64,000 nt of DNA from Euprymna scolopes (GCA_053919585.1 CM132783.1); one strand, 5' to 3'. Counted from the stretch's first letter, positions 36,310-50,245 are shown. The notes: a model not told the origin generated them from the letters alone. Program-made: numbers and translations.

Positions 36310-38656
36310 ACATTGATGGATACCAAATCTGTGACGGAACTATCCAACCTGATCCTGAGCTTTTGGAACCCCTTTTGCAAATGTCTCCTCCTTCGGATTC
36401 AAATTCATTAAAAAGATGCCTTGGTATGTTTTCTTACTATGCGAAATGGATACCTAAGTATTCACACAAAATTCGTCCCCTGGTTGAAAATAAACAATTT
36501 CCTATGCCGCCTATATTTATTACGAGGTTGTATGTTGAGGCAGCCTTTAAGAAATGTTCCAAGTTAGTGTCATGCTCCTCTTGAGTTTTACCGCAAATGG
36601 TAATATCATTAATGTAAGAAAAAGTTCCAAATAACTTATTTTCAGAAATAAAGGAATTCATAAATCATTGAAAGGCAGAAACCCCATTGGTGATACCCAT
36701 GGGTATTCGTTTGAATTGATACAAAAATATGTCGCTGAATCATCTGTAAAGGTTATCGACGATGAACTACCAATTACTATCGAAACCGATGCCTCAGAAA
36801 AGGCTATCGGAGGCACCCTCTTACAGGCTGATAGGCCTGTAGCGTTCTTTTCTCGCTTACTAAACCCATTGGAAATACGACTACACATAGTTGAAAAAGT
36901 GGCTTACGCGATAGTTGAATGTGTCCGAAAATGGAGGGACCTCCTTGCTGGGAAGCACTTCACTATCGTAACAGACAAACAGCCGTATCTTTTATGTATA
37001 AGCCATCTAACCGAGGAAAAATTAAAAACGATAAAATCATTCGGTGGAAAATGGAGCTTCTCCTGGCCTGGTCTCGTACGATATAAAACACTGTCTCAGA
37101 AGTGAAAACATTGTTGCCGATGCTTTATCGAGAGTGCATGGTGCTGCTGCTTCCTCCTTGGAGGAGCTAAGGGCCATACACAGTTCATTAATACACCCTG
37201 GTGTACAGCGTTTTTGGCACTTTATATGATCACAAAATATGCCATACTCAATTGATGAAGTTCAGCATGTGACATCTGAGTGTACAACGTGCGCAAAAAT
37301 AAAGCCCCAATTCTTCAGCCCTACTAACAATACACTGATCCGCGCTACTGCTCCCTTCCAGCGCCTCTCCGTAGACTTCAAGGGGCCTGTCCCGGCATCT
37401 TCGAAAGGATGTTATTACCTATTTACTATCGTGGAGGAGTACAGTCGATTTCCCTTTGTGTTCCCTTGCCGTGATTGTTCTTCTTCGCAGACCGCAATCA
37501 AGTGCCTGACAAATATTTTTTCTATTTTTGGACTCCCCGCTTTCATCCATTCTGATAGAGGAACATCGTTCGTGTTGGAGGAGTTCAGAAATTTCCTGTC
37601 GCAACTTGGGGTTGGGTGCAGTAACACTATTGCATACAACCCAAGAGGAAACAGTCAGTGCGAGCGCTATAACGGCGTTATTTGGCACTCAATATTATTG
37701 GCCCTGGAATCTAAACAGTTACCCCTTAGTGCTTGACAGGACATTCTGATGTTTTAAATTCTATTCACTCCTTACTATGCACTAGTACGAATGCAACTCC
37801 ACACGAACGATTGTTCAAATTTGAAAGGCGTTCTTCTACCGGTACTGCCTTACCTGTTTGGCTCTGCGAACCTGGGGAGGTACTATTGAAACAGTTTGGC
37901 AACTGGAGCAAGTACAACCCGATCGTCGAGGTAGTGGAACTCCTCGAGGCCAACTCTACACATGCGAGAATACGGCATAATTATGGCAGGGAGGATTCAG
38001 TAGCGCTAAGACATTTGGCTCGTTTTCCGCGCTCTGATGGACCTCAGGGTCCTGCTGAGAATACTCGACCCAACCTTGCAAATGCAGACCCGGCCCATTT
38101 GATTGAAACAAGTCCAATTGACAATACACCTAATGCAGAAAATATAGAGAATTCGCAGAGACCTGCCAGTCCTTTGAATATTGAACTGCTTCCACGCCGG
38201 TCTAGCCAAATCCATAAACCAGTCCAGCGACTGAACTTATAAATAAAACACATCACCACTTTTAAAGATAACTCTGTACTTTGAAAAAAAAAAATCTATA
38301 CCTTGCAATCTCTCTTACTAGTGTGGGGGGGGGGAGATTGCTATATTTCCGTTAAAGTAACAGTTTCTATAGCATGTGATTTTGCACACGTTCCTTTTCC
38401 CTTTTAAAAGGGCTGAGTTTTTTTCTTCTTCAACATTTCGTTACTAACTGTTCTTGGCCTTTTGGTGTCTAACTCTGTCCCGTGGGGAGGCATAGTAAAT
38501 AGGTACTAACAGCTCTTGCATTTACTTCTGCTACCTGCTCTTTACTATTTGCTCTTACTTTTACTATTTGCGCTTACGTTTATTATTGGCTGTGAAATTA
38601 GTTCGGTAAAGCCTAGTAAAGAGGTTTTGCTCTGTCTTCCGTTCTATGATAAAACA
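36310..38656 (+). mobile_element. Partial Gypsy element (same broad lineage as 1416-5346): RT remnant, RNase H, integrase, PPT and probable 3' LTR
   Basis: LGMFSYYAKW, ETDAS, HPGV..CTTC, VDFKGP, IHSDRG, GNSQCERYN; G-run PPT at 38325-38337; LTR candidate 38339-38656. Confidence 0.85.
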
Positions 38657-38699
38657 CCACAATCAAGCATCCTACAAGCACCGTATTTCAAAGGGGAGG

Positions 38700-38960
38700 T
38701 GTTATAGCGATCAAAAGTTAAAGGGAAAATAACTCTAATAAAGGAAGTAAGAGTTATTGTCCTTAGATATATGAAAAGAAAACGACTAAAGAGTTCCAGG
38801 AAGAATGGACAAGATGACGGCTGCGCTAACACGTGCATATTGCGCTGTAAATATAATTTGTGTTTCAACTGTAATAAATAGTATTCAACCTAAAATGAGC
38901 TTGTTTACTTTTCATTCAAATATTCCATGACTCCGACAACTCATTTCTACGGACACAACA
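38700..38960 (+). repeat. Probable LTR of another element, preceded by its own PPT
   Basis: aaaggggagg followed by TGTT..AACA, internal AATAAA. Confidence 0.5.
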
Positions 38961-39889
38961 ATAACGATATGTCTTTGTCACATTATATAATAACCAAGCA
39001 CATCTTAATTCTACATTAACCACCCAACCTAACACTGGTCTCTGAGGCAGTTGAGGAGCATGGACGTATATAGTTCTCTCCCACTACAAGAACTGTGACA
39101 CCAGGGTTGGAAAGTGGGATCGAGAAGTCAGCACTCCCGAGGAGGGATACTCTGACCTGCAAAAAGTGCCTGGGCAGCCCTATCAGCATTCAAGGTGCCT
39201 CAGGCGATTAGCAATAAACTAACCCCTTCTCACATAGAGAAGGCAAGGCCTGGAAAGGTAGACCTCCTAGAACTGCACAGAACTAAAAAAAATCAACAGG
39301 GGCTGGATCATTGCAAGAATGGTCTAATTTCTGTTTATTTTGGAAGCACAGGATAAAGATCCTTAGCGAAGTTGAGGAGCATTGATAACAAAGAAAATAA
39401 AAACAATAAATGACTACAAAAAAAGAAACAAAACAAAAAAAAGATTGCATAAAAATAACTCAGGACGGAAACAATAATAAAGAATAATTTCCACGATTCA
39501 TAGTACTAAATCAGTTAAAGAAATACAAAAAGAAATGATCCCAAAAGTTACTGACCACAGGTTTAAAAAATGAAAATGAAACATTGCTATCAAAATAGAA
39601 AATCAAAAACATGCAAATCAATATAATTGTAAAATTCTGGACTGTCCACCCATCCTTTCTCGCATCTTGTCTTCGACAATTATGCAATTCCATCTTATAA
39701 AAACGGACGACAGGTGATTTTATATATCAATAAATGGCTAAGGAATGAGGAGAATTGTATGTTTGGTTTTGATTCTAGCTGATGTTAGGATTCTAGCTGA
39801 CTAAAGTTATATATTTTTTAAAATTTTGATTTTACAACCAAATACGAGGTTCAATATAATAAGCAATAGAGAATTGTCACTATAACAGT

Positions 39890-42800
39890 AAATATGTGAT
39901 CTGAATTAATTAAAATATATATCAAAAACATCCCGACAACACCAAAATATGACTACCTTCTCAGCCTAATAAGAAGAATGGAGGAACTTACTAGGAAGAT
40001 GTGCTGGAATGCCTACTTCTTCCTTAAGGACAAAAATTCTATAAATACCACCGAATATTATGGATTCAGCAACAAGAGCACAGCTCCACACATAGAGCAA
40101 TTGGCGAAATTTGAAACAGATCTTACGGACATTATAAACAACATATCCTTCTGTAAACACAAAAACCAGTTCCAACAACATTTAGACAAAATAAAAAAGA
40201 TATTAATACATCCAAACTAATATATGTTAAGGCGGATAAATCTCAAAATTTTTATAAGATCTCCAAACAGAGATACACAAAACTCCTAAACAACAAGCTC
40301 ACAGCCACATATAAAAAATCCGATATAAAGGATATAAATTTGGACAGTAAAACCATTACAGACACCCTAAACTTGAGCGATAGAGCCTCTAAGCTCAAAA
40401 CAAAAAGTGCATACCTCCTCCTTAGAGACCACAAAGAACACTTCAAGACTAAACCTCAAACCTAGACTTATTAACCCCACCAAACCGGAAATCGGAAAAA
40501 TAAGTAAATCCTCGAAAGAATTAACAACCAGATAAAAAAGAAATTTAACCTTACCCAATGGGTCAACACTGAGGATACGATTAACTGGTTTAACAGGATA
40601 CCCAACAAGAGCAAGGCTGCGTTTATCCAGTTTGATATTGTCAGTTACTATCCGTCCATAACAAAAAAACCTTTTCAACATAGCTTTGGACTTCGCATCC
40701 ACTTTCTCGGACATACAAACCTTTGAAATTGAAATAATTAAAAAATGCCGAAAAACGGTATTAATAAACCAAGACACCCAATGGACTAAGAAAGAACAAC
40801 CTACCCCTTTCGACATTGCGATGGGGGCTTTTGACTCAGCGGAGGCCACTGACCTGGTGGGCCTATTCATCCTCTACAATCTAACAAATCACATCACCAA
40901 CAATAACGTGGGAATTTATAGAGATGACAGCCTAATACTAGTGGAAAACTCCAACGGCCCAAAATGTGAAAGCATCAAGAAAAAACTGATTAAGGAAATG
41001 AAGAAACTGGACCTGAAAATTGAGGTGACTTCTAATATAAAAATTGTTAATTTTCTCGATGTTACCTTTAACCTATCCAATGATACCTATGAAGCCTATA
41101 CAAAAAACACCATGTATCCCCTATATATATACACCCCAGGTCCAACCACCCCAAACACGTAATTAACTATATACCCAAATCTATAGAAAAAAGACTAAGC
41201 ACTAACTCCTCCAACTCTACTATATTTCATAAACACAAACCATTCTACGAGAGCGCTTTAAAAAAATGTGGCTACCCCAATACTACATTAACATATTTGG
41301 AACCTAACATCCCAAATAACAATACTACTAATATTAAGAAGAAAAAGAATAGAACCCGCAAAGTCCTCTGGTTCAATCCTCCTTACAATAATATGGTAAA
41401 ATCTAAACTAGGTAAAAAAATTTTCATGTTAATTAAAAAGCACTTCCCCCCCAATAATATTTTGCATAAAATCTTCAATAACAACACTATCAAATTAAGT
41501 TACAGTTGCACCAATAACCTTGAAAATATAATCAAAAAACACAACAACAAAATACTAAATAACAACAACAATAAAATTAACAATAAGAGCAAATGTAACT
41601 GCATTATTAAATCCCGATGCCCACTCCAACAAAACTGCCTCGCAACAAACGTAGTATATAAAGCAACTATTACTCCCACAGAATACCCTAATAATAAAAA
41701 ATTTTATATAGGCATCCCAAGTACCCCCTTTAAGGAAAGATTCAGGGTCCACAAATGCTCCATAAACAACACTAATCATCCAAACAAAACTTCACTCACC
41801 AACCACTACCTACAGCTAACCAGAAACCACCTCACCCCAAATATCACCTGGGAAATCCTAAAAAAATCCAGCACTTGCAAATCAATTACCTCCCCATGTC
41901 ATCTTTGTTTATATGAAAAACTATTTATCACAAATTTTAAAGACAGGAATAAACTTTTAAATAAAAAATACGAAACATCAATAAATTGCAAACACTACAA
42001 ACAATATCTACTTAGTAATTTTACTCCATTCCAAATATAAAAACTAGCATAACCGAAATACCCTACCCACTACCTCTTGGATACAACCAATAACCTTTAC
42101 CTACTACTTTTCTATTTAATTATCTATCCTCACCTCTACCGCCCATTAACCGAGTTACATATATCTAATAACCTCACCAATTAATATTATCCAACTCATT
42201 AACCAATAATAATTCTACTCTTCCCATCTTTACTATCATCAATAATCATTCTCAATCCGCCTACCTATCTATATTATCCGAACCTGCCCCCCTTCTTTTT
42301 CTTTTTTCAACATATATTATCCTTAATAACAACGTCTACAAAATATAAATACCGCATTAATTGCACTTTCCCCCTTCCCCCTCCAGGTCTATGTCGAACC
42401 CCCCCTTCCTACTTTCCATCTTCTTACTATCACCAATAATCAACTTTAATCCGCTTACCTATCTATATTATCCGAACCGCCCCCCCTGCTCTTTTTTTCT
42501 CTTTCTTTTCTCAACAACGTCTACAAAACGTAAATACCACATTAAATGTATTCCCCCCTCCTCTTCTTCCCCCCCAGGTATATGTCGACCCCCTTCCTAC
42601 CCTTCACCCCCCCCCCCAGCATCCGCATCCCTCTCGAATTATATAATTATATGATTTAATTTATGCAGGAATAAATAACGCCTCCAAAGGATCGCCCTAA
42701 AATCCGGCGTCCTCATAAAAAATACGTTGCCATGGTGACAATATTTACCAACTGCTATGGTGGCTACTGATTACTTACTCCCATTCCCTCTTAAACAACA

Positions 42801-43016
42801 ACAGATACCATGACGCAAAAAACCTCTACTCCCACTACTCCCCCTAAGTACTTTTCAAACTTTAACGTCTCCTTTTCTTTCTTTTTTCAAACGTATCCAA
42901 TAGACGCTCTTTAGCGTTTTTTCACAACTGAAATTCAACTATAAAACCTCCTCACACGACCTCCCTCTCTATTTAATACCCCCCCCCAAATAACCTTCTA
43001 TCCATTTCTGTAAGTT
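39890..43016 (+). mobile_element. Penelope-like element (RT plus C-terminal GIY-YIG), frameshifted; probably Hydra-type clade; 3' end continues after the BEL insertion to about 50272
   Basis: KADK, FDIVSYYPSI, MGAFDSAE, GIYRDD, NFLDVTFNL, WFNPPY, CPL..NC..NVVYKA..YIG..FKERF..H..CHLCLYEK. Confidence 0.88.
42220..42605 (+). repeat. Imperfect tandem duplication (period about 190 bp) in the Penelope 3' region
   Basis: atccgc.tacctatctatattatccgaacc and caacgtctacaaaa each occur twice. Confidence 0.8.
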
Positions 43017-46000
43017 TATAAAAAAAAGTAGTTACCTCCCTTTGTTCAAACTAATTATATCGACCACTTCTCCTTTCTGAAAGCCCTATTTTGATTGGCT
43101 AGGATGAAGCTCCTTGGCCAATCAACAAACATTTAATATAAGCAGAATTCTGGAAAAACAGATTCGCGCTCTTTTTGAATCAATCGTCGGCCTATAGACA
43201 ACTATGGAAAATCTCTCCTAAATTTGCCGCCGAATTTTTATTGAACTTTTTCAGGGAACCGTCCAAGACTTTTGGACGATAAAGAACTTTTTATTGGACT
43301 TCTAAAGCCGCAAACACAATTAGTTTTGCAAGAACCTTTTCTTTGTAATATTTTCAATTTAATATACATAATTTTCTCCAATTCTTGTGCGAGTTCAGCA
43401 ATCTTTATTTCTGTATTTCCCACTTCCTACTTCAACAAGACACCAGCTCCCGGCAATCGCCATATTTTGCAAAACTAAATAACGTTTAGCAGCTTGTTGT
43501 GAAGAAAAAAAAAATAAAAGGGAAGAGAAGATTTGAACTCCTGAGGATATTTGCAAGGAAAATGGAAAAAGGAATACCAATTTGAGAAGTCCCTCTTAAA
43601 AAAAAAAAATTTATTTCGTTTCCAAAAAAAAAAAAAACGAATAAATAGTATTTCTGCCTTTGTTAAAGGTTTAAAATTCAATGAACATTTTAAAAGAAAA
43701 AAAAAAATTTATTTCGTTTCCCAAAAAAACAAAACGAACAAATAATATAATATTTCCTGTTGTATTATTAAAAGTTTGAAACTTTCTACCGACTGAAGTT
43801 CGCGTAAAGCAGGCATCATTCGTTCAAGAGCGTGGCGTCGTACATACGAATGTAAATAAACATGGCCTCCTTATATAAGGGCGATAACTCCACTTATGCA
43901 AACTACCGTCCAAGGGCCATAACTCCATTTATACTAAGTTCCGTCCAAGGGCCATAACTCTTCTCGGCCTATACACAGACATTATCAACAATACTCCCAC
44001 AAAATTTAACTTGTTTAAAAAAAAAAAACAACTTAAAACCATCATCCTTTCCCAAAACAAAACAACTGTAAAATGGATGATTTCCGGACCTTGAAGGGTG
44101 TTAGGGCGCTCATGGACTCCAGAAACGTGTTAAAGGAAGATATTTCCCTTAACACGGACATGTTGGAAGAACGCGAAGGTTTGAGAAAAAAAACCTTCCA
44201 GAAGGAAGAAGCTATAATTAAGGAGTTGCAGATTGAGGTCCGCTCCTTAAATGATAAAATTAAAGGGCTGTGTATAAAAGCAGAACTTGATTTAAGGGAG
44301 TGTGGATTTGTTGAGGAGCAAAGGAGGGAAATTGGCTTTCGAGCTAATATTAATGATCGCCTTGCCGACATTGAAAATTCTATTGAAAACCCCACTACAT
44401 CACGGAAAAATGAACCTACCTCTGTACCTTTGCTTTCTGTCCCCAAGTTGCAGTGTGCCACCTTTAGTGGAATCAATCCTTCCAAATTTGAATATAAAAA
44501 TTTTATTGCTCAATTCAAAAACTGTACTGAGTCTATTGATTCCGGTAGGGCAAAATTAGCCTTATTGAAAGGGTATTTGAGTGACTATGCCTTGCAATTG
44601 GTTTCCCATCTGACCTTGGAGGATGGTAATTACGATGTAGCGGTGGATTTGCTGACCAAGGAATTCCTGGATGTCCCCTTTATAATAAGTGAGATCTTCA
44701 AGCAGATCATTTCTACTTCTCCTCAATATGACCCTGAATTTGTGGCTGTGAAGCGATACCTTGCTGAGGTGAGAGCGGATTTATCCGAATTGAGGACTTC
44801 ATATCTGATAGATTTTTTTGAGGAGAACTCCCCCGGATTTTTGCTGGTCAGCCATATTATATACGAAAAGTTGCCAGTTGCCTTGAGAAGGGAAATTAAC
44901 CACAGAGTGGGCACGAGTTACCCGTCTCTAACACAAATTTTTGAAAATTACAATGAGGCAGTTCGTGCTCTGTCTCGAAATAAAAAACTTTTTCGGGTTA
45001 TGGAAAACCCCTCGAAGAATGATAAAGGGCAGGTCAAGACCTATGAAAAAAAGAATGGTGATGCTGCTCTACAGAATTTCACTACAAGCTCTTCTGGGGC
45101 ATATTGCAAACTTTGCACATCACGTGGCCACACTATGCTAAAATGTACCAAGTTTGCATCTTATGAAGCCAGAGTTGAGAGGTGCAAGCAACTGAAACTG
45201 TGTACAGGATGTTCCAGCTTAAAACATAAAAGTGAGAATTGTCCTGGACTCCAGAGCAAATCACCCCTCACGTGCAGCTTATGCCTTTCAAAGGCGCATA
45301 TTGCACCCCTGTGCAACACTAAGAGAGTGGTTTCTCTATTCTCTCACGTTTATGAAAACGAAATCATATTGCCTGTTGTAGCTATTTCTTTAAATTATGG
45401 ATCTGAGAAAGCTACTATTAACTGCCTATTGGACACAGGGAGTCAGCGTTCATATTTTTCTAAGAAAATATTAAAGGAGCTGAAGTATCCTGATGGAAAT
45501 TCTGATCCAACCGATTATCAAATGAAGACCTATGCGGGTGTGACTATGAAGCGATTTGAACAGGTTGTCTTGAACGTTACCATGGGAAAGAGGAAACAAC
45601 TCCCTATTCCTGTTTTAATCGATGATAGATTCAATATGCAGTTTGAGTTCGCCAGCTTTGGCCAAGTGAAGTCCAACCTGAATGAGTTAAAACACATATT
45701 GGTATTTTCAAATGAAAAACAGGATGATTCCATAACAATTCAGGGTATCCTGGGAGTTGACATATTTCAGTTCATGGAGGGTTCCAGAATCATTAAATGT
45801 ATGAATGGACAGGCCTGGGATTTGCCTCAAGGGATTGCCCCATTTGGTAATGTACAACACTTTTTGTATCCTCATCAAGTCAGTCCTGTGAGATGTGGAA
45901 TTTCCAAAACAATTGTCAATTATCATACTACAATATCCAAATATGCCCATTGCCCTGAACGACAGTTGAATTCCATATTGGAACCCAAGTCTTCCTACCC

Positions 46001-49000
46001 GGATCCGTTTCCAGATGTATTTGAGAATTCCAACGTGGAACGGAATTTGGAAAGAATGTTTGCTGTGGACTCAGCTGCTGCTTCCCATGACGAAGAACTA
46101 ATTGGTGATTATGACAGAAATAGGATTGAAAACTTCAGGAAGTCTATCGAATTCAGGGACAATTCTTATTTCGTGGATCTACCTTGGCATAAGGACAAAA
46201 TCGATTCCGTTCCCTCTAACTATCAAGTCGCTCTTAAAGTGCTTGACAGAACAATGCTTTCATTGGAGAAAAGGGACTTGGATAAGACCTATACTGATAT
46301 TTTTCTTCAGCAAGAGAGCGAAGGGATTATCGAGAGAATTGAAGTCGCCCCACAAGATTTCTGCAAATACATTTGGATACCCCATCGACCGGTCTTTAAG
46401 TCGGATCAACAGGTAACCACTAAAATCAGGCCTGTTTTTAACTGTTTGTTGAAGACCGGGGGTGGTTACTCCCTCAATGAAGCATCTTATCCAGGTGTGA
46501 ACATGATGAATAACATGCTTGAACTGTTGCTCTTATTTCTTACTAACAAATATGTATTATTGGGAGACATAAGAAAGGCATTTCTTATGATCAAACTCCG
46601 GTCGGTTGAGGACAAAAACAGATTTTGTTTTTTCGTAAAAGATGGAGACAATTTGCTTTGCTTCCGATATTGTACATTGATATTTGGCTTCAATGCCAGC
46701 CCATTCATTTTAAATTACGTTCTCAAACACCATGTCAGCCGTTTTCCGAATGATGCATGTACTGAGATGCTGAAAAATCGATTTTATGTCGACAATTTAT
46801 GTATGACCAGCAATTCTTCTGAGGAAATAATCAGTCTTTATAAGAGTGCCGTGCCTCGTCTGCAGACAGGAAATTTCCAGTTGAGATCGTGTAACTCCAA
46901 CTATGAGCCTCTTCGAGACATTATAACGGAGGATGACAGAATCGTACAGCATGGTTGCGAGTACGAAAAGGTCTTGGGATATAAATATCACCCTGAATTG
47001 GATACTATTAGCATTGTTAACACTATGGTTCAGAGGAACATACTCTCAAAAAGGGATATTTTGGCCCAGACAGCAAAAATATTTGACCCACTGTCACTAT
47101 GTGCCCCGGTTACAATTAGGGCAAAAATACTTCTCCGAAGATTGTGGTTGCTCAAGTTGGGTTGGGATGAAAAGGTTCCTACTGACATAATGACTACCTG
47201 GTCGAATTTGGCCGAGGACCTTTCTGGTCTAGGTGATCTATTTTTTACAAGACATGCTATAGACACTGGTAGCCAACTGAAATTATATTTGTTCTGTGAT
47301 GCGTCACCACAGGCATATGGATTTGTCATATATGGCGTGCAAAATGGGAAGTCTCACATAATATTTTCTAAGGTTAAAGTGGCCCCGATGAGAACAAAGA
47401 CATTACCTATGATGGAGTTGCTTGCAGTATATATTGCATTCAAGGCTTTAACTATGATACTGAGATCCTTCTCTGGTGTCAACATAGAGGACGTTTTTGT
47501 TTCTGTGGATGCGCAAGTTGTTTTGTCATGGTTGCTCACCGAGAATATAAAGGCAAAGAGTCTGTATACCAGAAACAGAATTAAAGATATTCGAGAAATG
47601 AAGGAGAAGTTGAGTGAGGAATTTGGGTTGGGCATTCATTACAAATATGTTCCTTCTGCCGACAACCCGGCTGACCTTCTTTCTCGTGGTATCACTCTGG
47701 AAAAGTTTAAACAGGGACTGGACTACTGGACATGCGGACCTGCGTGGCTTGTTGAGCAACCTGAGAAATGGCCTACGAGTACTTTGAGCTGTCTGAGCCC
47801 GGAAAATAAGTGTCATGTGGAAAGTGTTTTCCATAATACATTGAGTGAAGCTGTTAGGGAACCACTGATTCCATTTGACAGGTTCTCGGACTTCAACAAG
47901 TTGTGTCGATCAACTGCTTTCGTATTCAAGTTTGTGCATCGATGCAGAAAAGTGAAGGAACATTCAGATCCAAAACAGACAGCCACGAATTACCTGATAA
48001 AGATGATGCAATTGCAATCGTTTGAAAAGGAAATTGCTTATTTGAAGAATCCTCTTGACAGGGAAATCCCAGTGCTGGTGAAGAATCTTAACGTTTTCAT
48101 CGATTCTGATGGGATTTTGAGAGTGGATGGTAGAATTGCCAATTCGACAAGATATGACTACAATTTAATCTATCCAATATTGCTTGCAAAACATCACTCT
48201 CTTACAAAATTACTGATTATGGATAGCCATAATCGATGCAGGCATTTGGGTATTGGTACGACAGTGACCAAATTGCGTTATCCGGATACTGGGTCCCACA
48301 GGCAAGACAGTCTGTGAAGACTGTGATTTCTAACTGCAATACCTGTAGGAAATTCAACAGCCTAGCCTTCAAATACCCCAAATTGACAAATTTGCCAAAA
48401 CACCGTGTTAGATTAATCAATCCTTTCCAACACACAGGCATAGACTACACAGGTCACATCTGGGTACAAAGAGATGGGAAGTCTCATAAAATGTATTTAT
48501 TAATTTTCACATGTATGAACGTGAGGGCTGTTCACATTGAACTTGTACCTGATATGAGCACACAAGCCTTCATTCAAGCCTTGATTCGGTTTTCAAATAC
48601 CTATGGAGTTCCCAGTCACATATACAGTGACAATGCACGTTCCTTTAATGCAGCCTTAGGTGGTGATGTAATTAAACATCACATAAACAGTAATGAGTTC
48701 TGTAACTCATATTCAAGCGCTGGCATTAAACACATAAAAATACCCTTATACTCCCCTTGGGTTGGAAGTACTTGGGAAAGAATGATCAGAGTGATAAAGT
48801 CATGCCTATTCAAAACACTTGGCCGATCTAAAATCAGTTATTTTAACCTTCTAACCCTTCTATCAGACATCAAAAGAGCCGTGAACTCTCGACCTCTGAC
48901 CTACAGATGCTCTACCGATATTGATCTGCTTCCCTTAACACCCAACTGCTTCACTCATCCAAATATAAACTGTAAGCTCTCCTTCCAATCTGACACACCC

Positions 49001-50146
49001 AGTTTGGTTGAGACAGAACCAATAACTAGGTCTCTCCTTGTGAGTACCTTGGAAAGCAGAGAGGAATTAATATCTAAATTCAAAGAGATGTGGCACGATG
49101 AGTATTTGCTAAGTCTGAGGGATTTACACGAAATCGAATTTCACAATAAATAAATATCAACGACGTAATACTCGTCAAGAATCCGGCCAAGTCCAGGCCC
49201 TTCTGGAAGCTGGGCAGAGTTATTGAGCTATTTAGTGGCAACGATGGCAAGGTTCGTTCTGCTTGAATAAAAAGAGGTGATGGTGCAGTGGAAACACATA
49301 GCCTCAAACATTTATATCCATTGGAGTTATCACTCACTCATAACCACTTTCCTGACACCCCAGCAGATGAGGAATCTGATGAATTTGCATCCCACCCTAT
49401 AGAAGAATGTAGGGACCCATCGGAACCTTCAGAAGAAATGGCCAATTACAGGCCTAAAAGGATCAAGAAATCCACATCTAATCCTGAATACATTTATTAT
49501 TAAAAAAAAAAAAATTTTCCATTGTAAATGGGCCATAATAATGCCCAACACATTAAGCTGTTAAATATTTCTATTAAACAGAATATTCTGTACAATTTAA
49601 TTTAAACACTTTACGTAGCAATCACAAATATTGTAACTGATTGCCTTTATATAGCATGCAACGATTTCAATCGTCGCATTATTTGTTGTTGTTGGGAGAG
49701 TATAAAAAAAAGTAGTTACCTCCCTTTGTTCAAACTAATTATATCGACCACTTCTCCTTTCTGAAAGCCCTATTTTGATTGGCTAGGATGAAGCTCCTTG
49801 GCCAATCAACAAACATTTAATATAAGCAGAATTCTGGAAAAACAGATTCGCGCTCTTTTTGAATCAATCGTCGGCCTATAGACAACTATGGAAAATCTCT
49901 CCTAAATTTGCCGCCGAATTTTGATTGAACTTTTTCAGGGAGCCGTCCAAGACTTTTGGACGATAAAGAACTTTTTATTGGACTTCTAAAGCCGCAAACA
50001 CAATTAGTTTTGCAAGAACCTTTTCTTTGTAATATTTTCAATTTAATATACATAATTTTCTCCAATTCTTGTGTGAGTTCAGCAATCTTTATTTCTGTAT
50101 TTCCCACTTCCTACTTCAACAAGACACCAGCTCCCGGCAATCGCCA
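43017..50146 (+). mobile_element. Full-length, young BEL/Pao LTR retrotransposon
   Basis: 446-bp LTRs at 43017-43462 and 49701-50146 (3 differences seen); TSD TAAGTT; PPT gggagag at 49694-49700. Confidence 0.96.
44073..49503 (+). pseudogene. BEL/Pao gag-pol polyprotein (1414-aa ORF, frameshift near 48290, further disruption near 49150)
   Basis: Gag with three Cys/His knuckles; protease LLDTGSQRSY; RT TTKIRPVFNC, DIRKAFL, FYVDN; RNase H FCDAS/ELLA/DNPAD; integrase GIDYTG, YSDNA, WERMI; C-terminal HLYPLE. Confidence 0.93.
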
Positions 50147-50169
50147 TAAGTTTAAACTTCAGTCCACCT

Positions 50170-50245
50170 ATAAATTCCGATGAAATTGGTACTCTACCTC
50201 ATCTCCTGGGGTGAAAATCCAATGGAAACAGTAATGTAAATTTAT
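50170..50245 (+). ncRNA. Degenerate type I hammerhead ribozyme in the Penelope 3' pseudo-LTR
   Basis: Stem I ataaatt/aatttat, core CCGATGA (U4 changed to C), stem II attgg/ccaat, GAAA, stem III ca-gtaa-tg, GTA cleavage triplet at 50236-50238. Confidence 0.65.

Noticed and set aside
39030-39350. GC-richer segment resembling a LINE 5' UTR
   Set aside because: No linked ORF or second copy in the window.
39890-42040. Selenoprotein-encoding Naiad-type Penelope element
   Set aside because: The GIY-YIG domain is C-terminal, the disruptions are frameshifts rather than in-frame TGA at Cys positions, and I found no convincing SECIS.
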